DNA of 63,570 bases, the filler included, from Octopus bimaculoides (Eukaryota): assembly GCF_001194135.2 (NCBI RefSeq). It is 6 parts of 6 records of this genome, joined end to end, with 100 filler letters (N's around TTAATTAATTAA, not from the genome) between each part and the next. Parts side by side here need not be neighbours in the genome. Positions count along the whole stretch, not along the records: positions 1 to 31,353 come from NC_068981.1; positions 31,454 to 37,540 come from NC_068983.1; positions 37,641 to 51,278 come from NC_068982.1; 3 more parts are not named here. One strand, 5' to 3'. The notes under the pieces are model-generated. The model was not told where the DNA came from. It saw only the letters and a list, made by a program, of their open reading frames with translations, and did no database searches. Position 1 is the first letter of the stretch. Each line of letters begins with the position of its first letter. A program made the translations under genes and the position numbers. Shown in pieces: positions 25,849 to 38,215 of the stretch.

Positions 25849-26327
25849 CGTCATGGAAAACTACGTCATAGGACGTTGGTGATCTTAATTGGTTAGCTAA
25901 TGACGAAGTTATGAGAGAAAAATTACTTTCACTTTCATTCAAACGACTCATCAGAATTGATAAATGGCTGGAAAATGAAATTGGATTTTCTATATCTGTG
26001 TAATGAAGTTAGTTGAAGTTAGTTTCTAATCATATGTCAGCGCTTACTCGATATCTTTACTTTTGCTGCTTGTCTATGGCAGTAGGTTAGGGTTAGTTAC
26101 ATAGAATATTTATCTTTCTTCTATGCTATAGTATTTTTTTTTGATGTTGTTGTAATGAACTGTGTAAACAAATGATATCGTCAAAGAACGATAATAGATA
26201 AGAATGACTTTATATATGTATAAAGTTTCTCTTATCTAGATATATGTATACAAACATTCACACGCTTATATATAAGTGTTTGTATAAGTGTGGGTGTATA
26301 TACAAGTGTATGTGTATATACACACAC

Positions 26328-26395
<68 letters not shown>

Positions 26396-26839
26396 GTGTG
26401 TGCGTGTGTATCTCCCCCCCTCTCTCTCTCTCTTTCTCTATATATATATATTCTTCTAAGGATATATTAACTCTCTAACCAGGAGGAACAAGTGTGTGAT
26501 AATTCGTATTAGAAATTCTAAATGACGTCATATCAGCCATTTATTCATTCATTCATTCACTCGTGAATATAAACCAATCAGGTTGTCGCTACGTCTTGAG
26601 TGGAACGACTGAGCAGTCCATTTGCTCTTATGTATATATATATATATATAAAAAAAACTATGATCTTTAAAAATGAAATAAAAAACATGAAACAAAACAA
26701 ATACAAGCTGCAAATACACACGCCAAAATAATTCGATAGAATAGATGGAGGAATGGATCTGTGACTGGAAAGCTGGCTGCATATTCTATTAAATATATCG
26801 CTACATGTGTGTGTGCGCGCGCACGGTTATGAGTGCGTG

Positions 26840-26843
26840 GGTT

Positions 26844-26899
<56 letters not shown>

Positions 26900-27052
26900 C
26901 ATATAAGTATATACATATAAACAGTTATATATTAATATGTATATTTGTATATATACATGCACGCAGACACATGCATATATGTATGCACATTCGTATATAT
27001 GCAAACATACTACACGCATCTAAACAATTATTTTTAAGTAAACAAGTGAATG

Positions 27053-27083
<31 letters not shown>

Positions 27084-27105
27084 CGTCCGTCCGTCCGTCT
27101 ATCTG

Positions 27106-27159
<54 letters not shown>

Positions 27160-27227
27160 ACTATTAGCCACATAGTTATCTAGTGAGTGATACATATATA
27201 CGCGTAGGTGTACACATATCTAACTAT

Positions 27228-27260
<33 letters not shown>
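26840..27260. repeat. Compound (TA)/(GT)/(CTGT)/(CCGT)/(CTAT) microsatellites
   Basis: Visible. Confidence 0.9.
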
Positions 27261-27268
<8 letters not shown>

Positions 27269-27623
27269 GTAGAGAGAGACAGCGAAAGAGAAACTGAGTG
27301 AGAGAAAGAGATGGATAGAAAATTGATAACAGACTATACGTAAATCCTCATTTACTAAATAATCTAAAATGCTCCACATTTTATTTTCCTCTTTCACAGA
27401 GGGAAATTGATATACGTTTATCGATGAAAACTAGTTTCCTTATCTTGATTCTTCTAAATTTGTACATATAGATTCATTCCTTCAACCAGACAATGTATTT
27501 ATCATTCCAGTGACTAAGTCATTCAATCCTTCATTCACTTTACATTCACTCTTTCAAACCTCACTCACATTCTCGCTGTGCCAACTACCCACACTTAATC
27601 TCAATATGTCTGTTTCTCTCTCT

Positions 27624-27824
27624 AGGGCGGCGAGCTGGTAGAATCGTTAGCACACCGGGCAAAATGCTTAGCGGCATTTCGTGCGTCTATACGTTCTGAG
27701 TTTAAATTCCGCCGAGGTCGACTTTGTCCTTCATCCTTTCGAGATCGATAAAATAGCACTGGGATCGATATAATCGGCTTACCCCTTCCTCGGAATTGCT
27801 GGCCTTGTGTCAAAATTTAAAACT
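27624..27824 (+). mobile_element. SINE family A, near full length; possible TSD aatatgtctgt (27603-27613 and 27825-27835)
   Basis: Matches other family A copies. Confidence 0.92.
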
Positions 27825-27894
27825 AATATGTCTGTCTGTGTATCAGTGTGTGTGTGTGTGTATGTGTGCCTGCCTCTGTCTGTTTGTGTCTCTG

Positions 27895-27944
<50 letters not shown>

Positions 27945-29760
27945 AACATACTGACAAACATTATTTAATGCGGTCTACTGCCCTGGTACTCTGGAGTTTT
28001 TCAATGTGCCGCTGCTTCTTCAGGCACGCCTAACTGGGTTGATTTGTCTGAAGAAGCAGCAGTACAGCATGGAATCTCCAGAAGATTGATCATCGGCCAT
28101 CTTAAATAAATTGTTGAACTCTACATTGAATTACACACACATACACCCCCCTCCACACACACTCAAATAGACACACAGATATGGATATAACTACACATAC
28201 ATATTATAAATACAAATATATTGCATATTTAATATATGCAGAAACACATATTTGCATGTATGCGCATGTATAAAAAATATATTAATATAATATTCAATCA
28301 TCATTTCAGTCAATGGTCCGTCCATCCATGCGTCATCCATCCGTTTAAAGGGAAAAAACGTCGATACAACAATTCGGTACAACGTTTACGTGATTTTTTA
28401 TCGCAATTTGTAAAGATGGCAGTTGCTTTTGTAAGGAAGACGGAGTTGCTTTTGTCTGTTAAGTTGTTCCATTCAACACGTAGCATTCACCACCCGTCAT
28501 TCGTGCAAATTCACAAATGAATGACAGACCGATATGACAACATTCCCAATTAATAATTTGAAATATCTCAAGTAAGGTGTTCTTGGATAGAGAAGTAATC
28601 GACACTTAGGAGGAAAAATGGTACCAGTTAAAACTTCAAAAAATACCAAAAATTTTGTTGGAGATCTACTAGATGTCTACTAGGTCTGTATCCAATATAT
28701 AAAATATATACTTATGTGATATCATTAGCATATATTACTTTTATAACTGTATGTCTGAGTGTTAGATTGACTCAAGATAATGCTTTGCAGTTCTTTGTTT
28801 CTTTATGCTATACTCTGATTCGACTTATATACGGGTTGACTTCGTTTCAAGTGAGGTCAATTTTATTTGCTTTTCATTTCAGGAATTGTTAAATTAAATA
28901 ACTCTAAAGCACTGAACACCACAACCAAAGCGTGCGTGTGGTTTTTGATCGATTGTGAGTACGCTCACGCATACACACGCACGCATGCACACACATGCAT
29001 GCACACACACACACACACACACACTTACACACAATCTTTCTTTGTTATAGCAACAGCAATAGCCAGTTGTAATATCACTAATGAATATATACGATATTGT
29101 CACTGGCATAAAAATATGGGTACAAGATTTCTTATAACCGAAACAGGTGTAAACTAATGAACCTGATGACNNNNNNNNNNNNNNNNNNNNNNNNNNNNNN
29201 NNNNNNNNNNNNNNNNNNNNNNNNNNNNNNNNNNNNNNNNNNNNNNNNNNNNNNNNNNNNNNNNNNNNNNNNNNNNNNNNNNNNNNNNNNNNNNNNNNNN
29301 NNNNNNNNNNNNNNNNNNNNNNNNNNNNNNNNNNNNNNNNNNNNNNNNNNNNNNNNNNNNNNNNNNNNNNNNNNNNNNNNNNNNNNNNNNNNNNNNNNNN
29401 NNNNNNNNNNNNNNNNNNNNNNNNNNNNNNNNNNNNNNNNNNNNNNNNNNNNNNNNNNNNNNNNNNNNNNNNNNNNNNNNNTTGATGAAATATAATGTGA
29501 AAGCTTCGATTTAACTGCCTATGATGGATATATCTGTTCATTGAAAATTTGTAGCAGTTGATTAATAAGAAGTAATAACACGTATCTATGTACGAATGTA
29601 AAGCAGACGGTTCTAGGGCAACTGAAACCAGGACAACCCATTCCCGGACAACTCGTGTCAGACAACTTAAACCTGGACAATTGATATCGAGGATAATTGA
29701 TAAATAGAACGACTCATAACAGGTATAAAGTAATAAAGATTTAATTTTGAAAGAAATTTT

Positions 29761-30160
29761 GCGCATGGTAGGTAGCTTGTTTACGAACCACATGATTCGG
29801 GTTCAGTCCCGCTGCGTGGCACCTTGGGCAAGTGTCTTCTACTATAGCCTCGGGCCGACCAAAGCTTTGTGAGTGGATTTGGTAGACGGAAACTGAAAGA
29901 ATCCCGTCGTATATATGTATATATATATATATATGTATGTGATGTATGTGTGTGTGTGTTTGTCCCCCTAGCATTGCTTGACAACCGATACTGGTGTGTT
30001 TATGCCCCCGTAAACTAGCGGTTCGGCAAAAAGAGACCGATAGAATAAGTACTAGGCTTACAAAGAATAAATCCCGGGGTGATTTGCTCGATAAAGGCGG
30101 TGTTCCAGCATGGCCACAGTCAAATGACTGAAACAAGTAAAAGAGTAAAGAGTAAAAGAG
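29761..30160 (+). mobile_element. SINE family B, full length, with internal (TA)/(GT)
   Basis: Same head, CORE-like box and tail as 3392-3954. Confidence 0.93.
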
Positions 30161-30935
30161 TGCGTGGTGCTATTTGTGTGTTTGTCTGGTGTATGTATGT
30201 GCGTATATGTGTGTGTGTGCGTGTGCATATTGTGTGTTGTGTAGATTTGTGTGTGTGCGTGTGTGGTGTGTTTTTGTGTGTGCTTGTGTATGTGTGTTTG
30301 CGCGGTGTGTGTGCATATGTGTGCGTGTGTGTGATATGTGTGGTGTGGATTTCTGTGTGACTGCGTGTGTTTGTGTGTATGTGCGTGTGTGTGCGTGCGC
30401 GTGTGTGTGGTATGTGTGCGTATGTCTGTGTGCGTGTTTATAGTGTGTATTTGCGTGTGTTTGTCTGATGTTTGCATGTGCGTGTATGTGTGTGTGTGCG
30501 TGTGCATTATGTGTTGTGTGTATGTATGTATGTGTGGGTGCGTGTGTGGTGTGTTTTTGTGTGTGTGCGTGTGTATGTGTGTGCATGTGTATGTGTGTGT
30601 GCGTGAGTGTGATGTGTGTATGTGTGTGTGTGTGTGTGAGCGGTGTGTGTGTATATGCCTGCGTGTGTGTGATATATAAATATATGTGGTGTGTATTTGT
30701 GTGTGTGTGGTATGTGTATGTGCGTGTGTGTGTGGTGTGCGTGTGTGTGGTGTATGTGTGGTGTGTATTTGTTTGTGTGTATGTGGTGTGTGTATGTTAT
30801 GTGGAGTGTGGGTATGTGGGTGTGCTCTTGTGTGGTGTATGTCATGTGTGTGGTGTGCGTGGTATATATTTGTGTATGTGTGTATGTGGTGTGTGGTGTG
30901 TATGTGTGTGCGTGCGTGCGTATGTGTGGTGTGTA
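30161..30935. repeat. Long degenerate (GT)n field containing a cryptic ~277-bp duplication
   Basis: Visible; segments starting at 30171 and 30448 share non-repeat variants. Confidence 0.9.
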
Positions 30936-31353
30936 TTTGAACTCAGAACGTAAAGACAGACGAAATACAGCTAAGCATTTCGTCCGGCGCGCTAACGTTT
31001 CTGCCAGTCCGCACCCTTTCCATCACTTCAATATTCTTTTCTACTCTAGGCACAAGTCACGAAATTTTGGGAGAAGGAGGCCAGTTGATTAGATCGACCC
31101 CAATACACAACTGGTACTTAATTTATCGACGTCGAAAGGATGAAAGGTCGACTTCGGCGGAATTTGAACTCAGTACGTAAAGAATGGCGAAATACCACTA
31201 AGCAATTCGCCCGGCATTCTAACGTTTCTTATTTCTTTACTGCCCACAAGGGGCTAAACATAGAGGGGACAAAGAAGGACAGAAAAAGGGATTAAGTCGA
31301 TTACATCGACCCCAGTGCATAACTGGTACTTAATTTATCGACCCCCGAAATGA
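30935..31353 (-). mobile_element. Three family A SINE segments: head at 30935-31017, near-full copy at about 31030-31228, alternative-tail copy at 31229-31353 running into a gap
   Basis: Reverse complements of the 14436 and 19054 copies. Confidence 0.9.
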
Positions 31354-31453
31354 NNNNNNNNNNNNNNNNNNNNNNNNNNNNNNNNNNNNNNNNNNNNTTA
31401 ATTAATTAANNNNNNNNNNNNNNNNNNNNNNNNNNNNNNNNNNNNNNNNNNNN
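31354..31453. other. Artificial 100-bp scaffold spacer: 44 N + TTAATTAATTAA + 44 N (motif also at 37585, 51323, 60444, 62212)
   Basis: Same 12-mer embedded in N runs five times; it has stops in all six frames. Confidence 0.95.
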
Positions 31454-32146
31454 TGTATGTATGTATGTATGTATGTATAATTCTATGTGATATTTTGTGT
31501 TTTTATACACGATTCAAAGTTGACTTTAAAATAGGACACCTTAAGTATTCAATTATCATATTCATTCAAAATTAAGAGAAAGGATTTAGAAACATAATTT
31601 AGTTACAGCAACATCATTTTCGCTTATTTGTTTACAGCATGACTGGACACTACTGCTCGCAGTACACAGAACGTTGAGAACAAAAAAAAACTTACCGATG
31701 ATATGTCAATAGGACAAAATCAGGTTTTCATTAGAAAGAAAGAATTTATCTTAATGAAGAATATTGGTTTCGAAACCAAATGTGTTACGTAAATTTTATC
31801 TTGTCTTTCCAATGTTCGCCATACTTTATATGTATTCGTACATGCCAAAAATGGTGAGTGAATTACGTACCCATATTATTTCCGTGTTGCTGCAGGCCAA
31901 CATTTCTGTATACATCACGCCACGACCATTATCGCGCGATTGAAAAACTCTTATTATTGTGGTCAACACATTTTTATTTCACAATATAAGCAATTTAATT
32001 ATTGGTTCATTTATTTTTCAAATAAATGTGGGATGCATATTATAATTATTCTATTTATTTATTTAATTATTTATTCTCAAAAGTATCATTATTGGTATAT
32101 TACACAAAATGCTTAATTGTTTATACATTGACTATTTGTTACTGTA

Positions 32147-32523
32147 GGAGGCGCAATGGCCCAGTGGTTAGGGCAGCGGACTCACGGTCATAGGATCGTG
32201 GTTTCGATTCCCAGACCGGGCGTTGTGAGTGTTTATTGAGCGAAAACACCTAAAGCTCCACGAGGTTCCGGCAGGGGATGGTGGCGAACCCTGCTGTACT
32301 CTTTCACCACAACTTTCTCTCACTCTTACTTCCTGTTTCTGTTGTGCCTGTAATTCAAAGGGTCAGTCTTATCACGCTGAATATCCCCGAGAACTACGTT
32401 AAGGGTACACGTGTCTGTGGAGTGCTCAGCCACTTTCACGTTAATTTCACGAGCAGGCTGTTCCGTTGATCGGATCAACTGGAACCCTCGACGTCGTAAG
32501 CGACGGAGTGCCAACAACAACAA
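32147..32523 (+). mobile_element. tRNA-headed SINE family D, full length, (CAA)n tail
   Basis: A-box tggcccagtgg, B-box gtttcgattcc, CORE-like ttgagcgaaaacac, tail ggagtgccaacaacaacaa. Confidence 0.85.
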
Positions 32524-33136
32524 TTTAATACTGTCATAAACGAGCTTCTTTCTGTATGCGGTACATCTTCAGTGTGGAGTAATGGAACAATAGGAAGTCA
32601 TTTTAATTTTATTATCCAAGTAATTCTTTTCATTTGAAATCAGAAAAATAGGAAGAGAGAGAGAGAGAAACAAAAAGAAAAGAAGAAAACAAAGTCACTT
32701 GTAAATAGAAAAAAAATTGGTATTTTTTTCAATTTTTTTTCTTTTCTTATCCAAGGATCAGCAGCAGTTAGGCCGAGTTCGAATGCAAGTGTATTATGAT
32801 AATTTCCATCTTTAACCTGGTCTTCCCAACCTCAGCCATTTTTGTACGCGACGAGTGAGTGATTTCTTAAATGAAAATGTCTAAAGTGATGAGGTATGAA
32901 ATATTGTAAAGAAAAACTCAAAAGTAAAAACACTGCAAGGAAAGAGAACGACATCGAATGTCTAAAGGAATTTAGGGGTTCAGTTTTGCTATGGACATAT
33001 TTTTTCACGATGTGTACATTATTCGCATAAAGAGAGAATATCTGATGCAAAATTATAACGGGGCCCAACAGAGGAATTAGACTTACAGTTAAGTCAGTGA
33101 ACTATGATTACTTTGAGATGTGAGTATAGATGCCGA

Positions 33137-33348
33137 AAGGCGACGAGCTGGCAGAAGCGTTAGCACGCCGGGCGAAATGCTTAGCAGTATTTCGTCCGTC
33201 TTTACGTTCTGAGTTCAAATTCCGCCGAGGTCGACTTTGCCTTTCATCCTTTCGGAGTCGATAATTTAAATAGCAGTTGCGTACTGGGGTCGATCTAATC
33301 GACTGGCCCTTCCCCCATAATTTCAGGCCTTGTGCCTAGAGTAGAAAA
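33137..33348 (+). mobile_element. SINE family A, young full-length copy with perfect 15-bp TSD
   Basis: gagtatagatgccga at 33122-33136 and 33349-33363. Confidence 0.96.
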
Positions 33349-34081
33349 GAGTATAGATGCCGAGTCAATCGGTACTATACAACCAGAAATATGTAATCAG
33401 GGTAATAACTTTTGCTGCAAGTAGAGATGGCATTGTAACATTGACAAGTGATTTATCTTGCGACATTAAACTCAAACCGTTTAACATAATAGATTATAAC
33501 TGCCTTAAAAGCTGACTGAATGTAGAAATGCTAGAATGCCGGACTTTATACCTTGCGATATTTAGAAACACTCGTTTATATTTTTCAAATGTCACCAGTG
33601 TCGATTTCGCTTGTTATCTTTTCAGGATCGATAATATTGATACCAATGATAGAGTGGTATCCATGTATTTGTCTAATTACTTTCTTACAAATTAAAAAAA
33701 TCAGTAATGCCACAAATTTATGAAATTCTTCGTCGTCAAAGTCTTTTACCAAGGTATTAAGGTAAATGAAACTAGCTTGAATACGAATTGAAACTGGTTC
33801 AGAGACTCATTCGTATTTAGAGAGTACTTGTTAGATTTAGTCGTGTTAGACTTAGTCGTAATATTTGGTTATGAGAATGGTATCGTAAAATGTGGGCTTT
33901 CCAGGTTCGGCAACCAGCATTTCATTTCCAGCTGAAACTATTTCATCACAGTTGCCTCACTAGTGACCTTGGTGAAATGTATGAATGAATATCTCCTTGA
34001 CTTTCAATTCCATAAAAAGGTTTAAATGTTAATATTTAGATATTAGGTATAAATGCTATCATTACTACGATTATACAACTT

Positions 34082-34297
34082 GAGGTGGCGAGCTGCCAGG
34101 ATCGTTAGCACACCAGGCAAAATGCTTAACGGCATTTCGTCCGTCTTTTACGCTCTGAGTTCAAATTCTGCCGGGGTCGACTTTGCCTTTCATCCTTTCG
34201 AGTTCGATAAAATAAGTGCCATGATGAGCATTGGGGTCAATTTAATCGACTTAATCCCTTCCTCAAACTTGCTGGTTTTGTGCAAAAATTTGAAACT
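34082..34297 (+). mobile_element. SINE family A
   Basis: Matches the other copies. Confidence 0.9.
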
Positions 34298-34680
34298 TCT
34301 GACAAAGGAACGCAGTCTGCAAATTGGGAGTGGTACTGCTTGGTTAAAATTAACATGACCCTTAGTGGAATATAAGTTAAAGCTAATACCGATGAGATTT
34401 GATCTAGCACGTAAACACCCGGTATGTTTAAAATGATAATAGCATCTAATTTTGATACATTGCCAGCAGTTTTGAGTGGAGTGGTTTAGTCAATAGTATG
34501 GGTCCTTATGCTTGAGTGCGGCTTTATTTTATCGACTACAGAAGGATAAATAGTAAAGTTGACACCGGTGATATTTGAACTTTAAAAGTAAAAAGCCAGA
34601 ATGTATAAATTAATAATAAAGGTTATATGAAAAAATCAATGCTGTTGTTAGTATATGAAATTGTTGATTTTATTGTTTGT

Positions 34681-34790
34681 TTACTAGTTAAACTGTCATC
34701 GAATATTTACTAGTTAAATTGTTATCGAATATCTACTAGTTAAATTATCAAACTAGTTAAATATTTCTAGTTAATTTCTACAAATAATTA
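34681..34790. repeat. 26-bp minisatellite (ttactagttaaa(c/t)tgt(c/t)atcgaatat), about 2.7 units plus decayed copies
   Basis: Units start at 34681, 34707 and 34733. Confidence 0.8.
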
Positions 34791-34956
34791 AATATTTTAT
34801 GATGCAATACATTTCGCTTTAATCAGCTACTTGAAATTAAAGATGAAATAATAGGAAATAATTAAGCAAGGGAAAATGGGCGCCAAAATTAATGGCAACT
34901 TGTGAGCATGTGGGATTTGAGTGTTCTAAGCTCCTTTTCTTCTCATCTGCGCATAC

Positions 34957-35105
34957 ATTAGCATCGTTGAAGTAGTTACAGGATGAAAGAGGCGTAGACG
35001 GTGGTGCACATGCGTGCTCATTGCTCTGAAAATAACATGCTTGTCCTCTACTCCAGTTTTCAGTCTTGCTTGCTTTAACACTCGTCTTCATCGAACGGCT
35101 CACAT
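34957..35105 (-). other. Candidate 149-nt coding exon (VSRSMKTSVKASKTENWSRGQACYFQSNEHACAPPSTPLSSCNYFNDAN)
   Basis: Long polypyrimidine tract plus CAG acceptor, GTATGC donor; lies within the longest non-repeat, non-TE ORF in the track (34837-35238). No homology recognised. Confidence 0.35.
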
Positions 35106-36265
35106 CTGAAGGATTGGAAGGGAGGGGGGGAGCAATGAGAAAGAAGAAAGAAATTGGTGAGTGGCACACTTCAGACTTGAAGCGCAAAGAGGAAACGAAA
35201 AGAAAGCAATAAAAAAAAAGAGAATGTGATAAAAGCAAAAATATTTATAACAAATAAAAAGATTTTTGCCTTACTTTGTAAAAGTTGAAGAGTTGCTGGG
35301 TTTGTAACAGGAAGATTAGACTGTAAGTGAATGAATAATCGGAGATAAAGAAGATTTTTTTTTTTTTTTTTTTTTTTGAAAATTCAACTTGGAATCATAT
35401 TTGCATGTGCAAATGTATATGTGAATGAACGTGTAGGGAAGAAGAGGCGAGTTAAATGTAATTATTATTCTTCAGCTCACATCTCTTGGATGTTTGCTGT
35501 TGAAAGATGCATATGTAGAATGTTGGACAACTATTTGTGTTGGAGAGGAACAACTGGGTCTATTTGTAGTATAGATCGACACGTGTAGACAATTGATATA
35601 AATCTGCATCCTGTTGGAGTATCATTTTGTGAAGTCCATTGAGAAATATCTTAAATAATTAGACAAAATTTATTTTGAGAAAAAACAATGCCACTGAACC
35701 TCAAAAGATTAATATAATTTTTGCTCTGGTGGTTCTGCCTCGAAACAACGAATGAGGCACAATTAGTAACAAAAAGACATAAAGATATATATATTTTTTT
35801 AATTGTATTTATTTATTTGCATCCATCTTCATTGTACTTGACATTGTTGTCTATACGTTGTAGTAGCAGTTTCTTTGTTTTCATCTTCATCCCTTACATT
35901 TCTTCATTTATTGCCACTGCACAGCACTGACCGAAACCAGATCAGTGCTACTGTTACAGTGGTGAAAAAAACAAATGCTGAACACTAACATTAATAATCG
36001 TGTTACATTGTTCGAAACACCAATTGGATTGATATTCCTGTTCATAATGTCACTAGCCAACTGGAGGATTATCTCTGCCTGGTGAGTACTTATGCTCTAA
36101 GTATTAAAGTTGATAGCACTAGTCAGAAATTAGTAAAATGCTACTGCTTTGTGTAAAACAGAAAAAAACTTATTGAGACAAGGGTTGGCACATAAAATAC
36201 TTCTTCATGTTTAAAGTTTTACTTTTAATTCACGTTCATCGCAGAATTACACACGCGCACGCACG

Positions 36266-36330
<65 letters not shown>

Positions 36331-37385
36331 NNNNNNNNNNNNNNNNNNNNNNNNNNNNNNNNNNNNNNNNNNNNNNNNNNNNNNNNNNNNNNNNNNNNNN
36401 NNNNNNNNNNNNNNNNNNNNNNNNNNNNNNNNNNNNNNNNNNNNNNNNNNNNNNNNNNNNNNNNNNNNNNNNNNNNNNNNNNNNNNNNNNNNNNNNNNNN
36501 NNNNNNNNNNNNNNNNNNNNNNNNNNNNNNNNNNNNNNNNNNNNNNNNNNNNNNNNNNNNNNNNNNNNNNNNNNNNNNNNNNNNNNNNNNNNNNNNNNNN
36601 NNNNNNNNNNNNNNNNNNNNNNNNNNNNNNNNNNNNNNNNNNNNNNNNNNNNNNNNNNNNNNNNNNNNNNNNNNNNNNNNNNNNNNNNNNNNNNNNNNNN
36701 NNNNNNNNNNNNNNNNNNNNNNNNNNNNNACACACATATATATATATATATATATATGTTTGAGTGTGTGAACAGGAGTGAGTGTTAACTGAAAATAAAG
36801 TTTTAGATTTACTTTTCATAAAGTTTAAGATTTCCATACATACATACATACATACATACATACATACATACATACATACATACATACACATACGCACACA
36901 CGCGCATAAACAAACATATGCACACACACACACACACACACGCACATATATGTATAGATATGCACTGATATATTATACATACATACATACATTTATATAT
37001 GCATGACATGTATGTCTGAGTATAGATGCGCGCGCAAGTGTGTTAAACATTATTATGACGATTCACTCCGTAGCTACACACATTCCACGTGAGATACTCC
37101 GAGTATCCACTGAGTTTATAACCGATTTTACACAAACGAATAAACTCTACTACAAAGATTCTTTCTTAACTTTTTGACGATTCCAACCCAAGCAATTGTG
37201 CATTATATTCCCATGCGACTCTCCGATACTCTGTCGGAATAACCATCATCAATAGTCTTATTAGGAGCCAGTATGATTTCATAAATATCAATATTTTGGT
37301 TCTACTTCACCAGAATCAGAACTGAGAGGAAATCGTTGCGATTTAGGTTCTTTTTTTTTTGCATTTTTCTCAGACGCGTCTGTGC

Positions 37386-37540
37386 AATAAGAAACTTGCT
37401 TCCCAATCACATGGTTCCGGGTTCAGTCCCACTGTGTGGCACCTTGGGCAAGTGTTTTCTACTATAGCCTCGGGTCGACCAAAGCCTTGTGAGCGGATTT
37501 TGGTAGACGGAAACTGAAAGAAGCCTGTCGTACATATATA
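37386..37540 (+). mobile_element. SINE family B 5' half, ending in (TA)n at a gap
   Basis: Matches the 3392 copy. Confidence 0.9.
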
Positions 37541-37640
37541 NNNNNNNNNNNNNNNNNNNNNNNNNNNNNNNNNNNNNNNNNNNNTTAATTAATTAANNNN
37601 NNNNNNNNNNNNNNNNNNNNNNNNNNNNNNNNNNNNNNNN

Positions 37641-38215
37641 ACTATAACCTCCATCAATTCAAAGAACAACGTCTCAGTCGATGGTATGCCACGCCATGTT
37701 TTTGATGTGCGGAAGATTGTCAGTGCTTCAGAGGATGGAACCAGCTGCAGTGGGCAGGATGATGAAGACAGCAGCAGTAGGCAAGATGATGAAGGCAGCG
37801 CGCCAGGAACTCAGGCCAGTCCCGGGGTCGCACAGCGACCACAGAGGGAGCGGTACCCTCCTCCCTGGTTGGCTGATTATGAAACCAATTTAAGGTAGTT
37901 CGGGAGCGAGGAGTGAGTGGGAGAGCCGGTTGAATGATCTATAGATCAGGGGAGCGTGTGGTGTTATGAGCTGTGTGTTGTGGTGGAGAGGGGTGAGGCA
38001 AACAGAGGTGAAGCCAGACCGGAAGGGTCAGTTCGGAAGTCGGCGACACGCGGTCGAAGGCTGGCACGTGGAGTCAGTCAGAAAACAGCGATGTTACGAG
38101 AAAGACGTGTTCTGATCAGGACCGATCGTGTACTCCGCTGCGGTCGGCAAGGTAAGGTCCAACGTTTCATTCTGTCCTTTTGCTTCTTGTTGTCTTCTTC
38201 CTCCATCTCACCACA
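37641..38215 (+). mobile_element. 3' end of a Gypsy-type LTR retrotransposon: pol C-terminus (37641-37898), PPT (37948-37956), LTR (37957-38215)
   Basis: Frame open from the gap edge: TITSINSKNNVSVDGMPRHV...QRPQRERYPPPWLADY*; purine tract aggggagcg; LTR bounded by TGTGGTG...CACCACA, a 7-bp perfect inverted repeat. Confidence 0.85.

Noticed and set aside
31398-31409. TTAATTAATTAA recurring five times between N blocks (could look like a CRISPR-like or regulatory repeat)
   Set aside because: Centred in N spacers (44+12+44 nt where counted) with stops in six frames; an assembly linker, not biology.
32147-32225. tRNA gene
   Set aside because: A and B boxes are present but it continues into a 300-bp SINE body with no acceptor-stem closure or poly-T terminator; it is a SINE head.
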